DNA of 63,909 nt, filler included, from Sphaeroforma arctica JP610 (lineage: Eukaryota), in NCBI RefSeq assembly GCF_001186125.1. It is 7 parts of 3 records of this genome, joined end to end, with 100 filler letters (N's around TTAATTAATTAA, not from the genome) between each part and the next. Parts side by side here need not be neighbours in the genome. Positions count along the whole stretch, not along the records: positions 62,198 to 63,909 come from NW_014040509.1; 6 more parts are not named here. One strand, given 5' to 3'. Position numbers and translations under genes: made by a program. Position 1 is the first letter of the stretch; each line of letters opens with the position of its first letter. This document shows, in pieces, positions 62,769-63,909 of this stretch. Below the pieces are notes generated by a model. The model saw only the letters and a program-made list of their open reading frames with translations. It was not told where the DNA came from and did no database searches.

Positions 62769-63134
62769 ACAGCTGTACTTGGTGGATGGCTGCTGAGAAG
62801 CAAACAGTAGTACCGAACTGATACGGATACTTTCCCATCACCGGATCTATGGCTTGCTAGTGTAGTCCTGACCAGTGTTGTCTGCGGCCGGCTGTATCGC
62901 CCTTGCCGAAGTGGTTATTTCTGTGCCAATCAATGCTTCCCTGCTGAGCTGGTCGTAGCTCTATTAGACAGTCCTCCTACACACTACACTACGGAACTTT
63001 GACGTTCAATACGTTAATGCCTGGTAGGGTTTTAGTTCATATCAATTGATACCTGGTAGGGGGTTGATTCATGTCCATTGGTTATTGAGCACCAACACAC
63101 CCCTCACTCAACCAACGGCTCACTCTGTCTGCAG

Positions 63135-63674
63135 CACGCTGTACTCGCCACGCTGCTGTACGGCAAGGAATTCCGCATAACGCACCAAGAGATGATCAAG
63201 GGCATCAAACGCGACGGAAAGTATGTGCCTTTTGTGTACACCAGTTGAATAGCAATTGATTTGTTAAGTATGTATCGTCCGCATAACCCACCAAGAGATA
63301 ATCAAGGGCAGCAAACACGACCTAAAACCCTAAAACGGAAAGTATGTGCCTTTTGTGTGAACTAATTGAATAGCAATTGATTTGTTAAGTATGTATCGTC
63401 TTTAGTGATGGGCATTGGGTAGGCTGCTGTCCAGTCGTGGTTGTTTGTGCATGTCATGTGCTGAGGCGATCGGTGTAGCGTACAGGATAGTCGCATTACA
63501 GTGCAAGTAATCTTATCAGTACTGTTTTTTTAATTTAAATTTATAATACTACATACACGTCCGCACGTACTCAGGGGCGTCAATCTGAAGTATTTTGAAA
63601 CCCTTGTTGTGCCTATCATCGACAACACCCCGGAGGAGCGCGATTTGACGACGTTTATGGCCGATGCTATGAAG
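63135..63674 (+). CDS. APIP: Methylthioribulose-1-phosphate dehydratase (APIP/MtnB/Mde1), two internal exons 63135-63220 and 63575-63674
   Basis: HAVLATLLYGKEFRITHQEMIKGI...K|GVNLKYFETLVVPIIDNTPEERDLTTFMADAMK; GT-AG, phase-2 junction; not in the ORF track. Confidence 0.88.
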
Positions 63675-63833
63675 GTAGGTTGAGGATACACATTTGGGTT
63701 TGTCGCGGTTGGAAGAGATGTATTCATTGCCTGGGACGGTGCCATGAGGGGTTTCTACGTTGCTGCGAAGCTGTCGTAGGTATGTACTTTCATGCAGTAC
63801 GTCGTGAACATACACACATACACACACACACAC

Positions 63834-63892
<59 letters not shown>

Positions 63893-63909
63893 CACATATA
63901 TAATATATA

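Noticed and set aside
63549..63893. 114-aa minus-strand ORF
   Set aside because: Antisense shadow of the APIP exon plus a (CA)n repeat.

Overview
Intron-rich eukaryotic (protist) genomic scaffold; gene content and style suggest a unicellular holozoan such as an ichthyosporean (inference). Contigs are joined by 100-bp N-TTAATTAATTAA-N linkers. Host genes: an intronless 1686-aa Cys-repeat/Ig-like type-I membrane protein, a PPR-SMR protein, pirin, WDR43/UTP5, a secreted Agd3(CE18)-like deacetylase fused to a PL5-like alginate lyase, exportin-7 (partial) and APIP/MtnB (partial). Accessory DNA: a decayed virus-like element at ~39.2-45.7 kb with a degenerate pPolB fused to an SF1 helicase (Polinton-like virus/Tlr1/transpoviron signature) plus a giant-virus-type Bro-N/T5orf172 gene, an adjacent intronless dead ALA-synthase copy, Ty3/gypsy protease remnants and a retroelement N6-adenine-methyltransferase-like fragment. 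The most striking non-gene signal is about 17 short telomere-like (T3-4AGGG) tracts scattered internally. At least one is shown to be a clean insertion by comparison with an uninserted twin, and one puts a stop codon into the viral polymerase gene.
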